Under the pieces are notes generated by a model. The model saw only the letters and a program-made list of their open reading frames with translations. It made no database searches and was not told where the DNA came from. A stretch of 49,431 nucleotides of DNA, counting the filler, from Sphacelaria rigidula (lineage: Eukaryota), in the NCBI GenBank assembly GCA_964200075.2. It is 3 parts of 3 records of this genome, joined end to end, with 100 filler letters (N's around TTAATTAATTAA, not from the genome) between each part and the next. Parts side by side here need not be neighbours in the genome. Positions count along the whole stretch, not along the records: positions 33,025 to 49,431 come from CAXNAA020001371.1; 2 more parts are not named here. One strand, written 5' to 3'. Below, in pieces: positions 49,376 to 49,431 of this stretch; the first letter of the stretch is position 1, and every line of letters begins with the position of its first letter. The position numbers were made by a program, and so were the translations under genes.

Positions 49376-49431
49376 CAAACACCCCCCCCCCCCCCCCCAC
49401 AACACCCCCACCCCCCAAAGACGCAATAGCT

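Noticed and set aside
46913..49410. Poly-G (46913-46935) and poly-C (49343-49400) runs as G-quadruplex elements
   Set aside because: Simple homopolymers, error-prone near a contig end; no further support

Overview
Eukaryotic, repeat-rich DNA (~50% GC, GT-AG exons, TTAGGG-type repeats, Copia element), most consistent with a brown alga or other stramenopile (inference). The window is three contigs of near-identical, descending length (16415, 16409, 16407 bp) joined by artificial 100-bp N/TTAATTAATTAA linkers, so adjacency across linkers is not biological. Clear features: a full-length degenerate Ty1/Copia LTR retrotransposon (17277-23384, minus, TGCCC target-site duplication, TG...TA termini, no recognisable tRNA PBS); three exons of a TPR-protein gene (42240-44687); a probable 3' exon of an SGNH-associated algal protein (24480-24968). 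Also present: a coiled-coil+RING pseudogene with a 72-bp coding repeat, a KDZ-like transposase relic, a tRNA-Pro-derived SINE family sharing its 3' tail with putative LINE ends, a hAT-like MITE family carrying telomere-like repeats, several foldback/Tourist/piggyBac MITEs, and tandem arrays of ~43, ~189 and ~290 bp. No rRNA, intact tRNA or CRISPR array was found.
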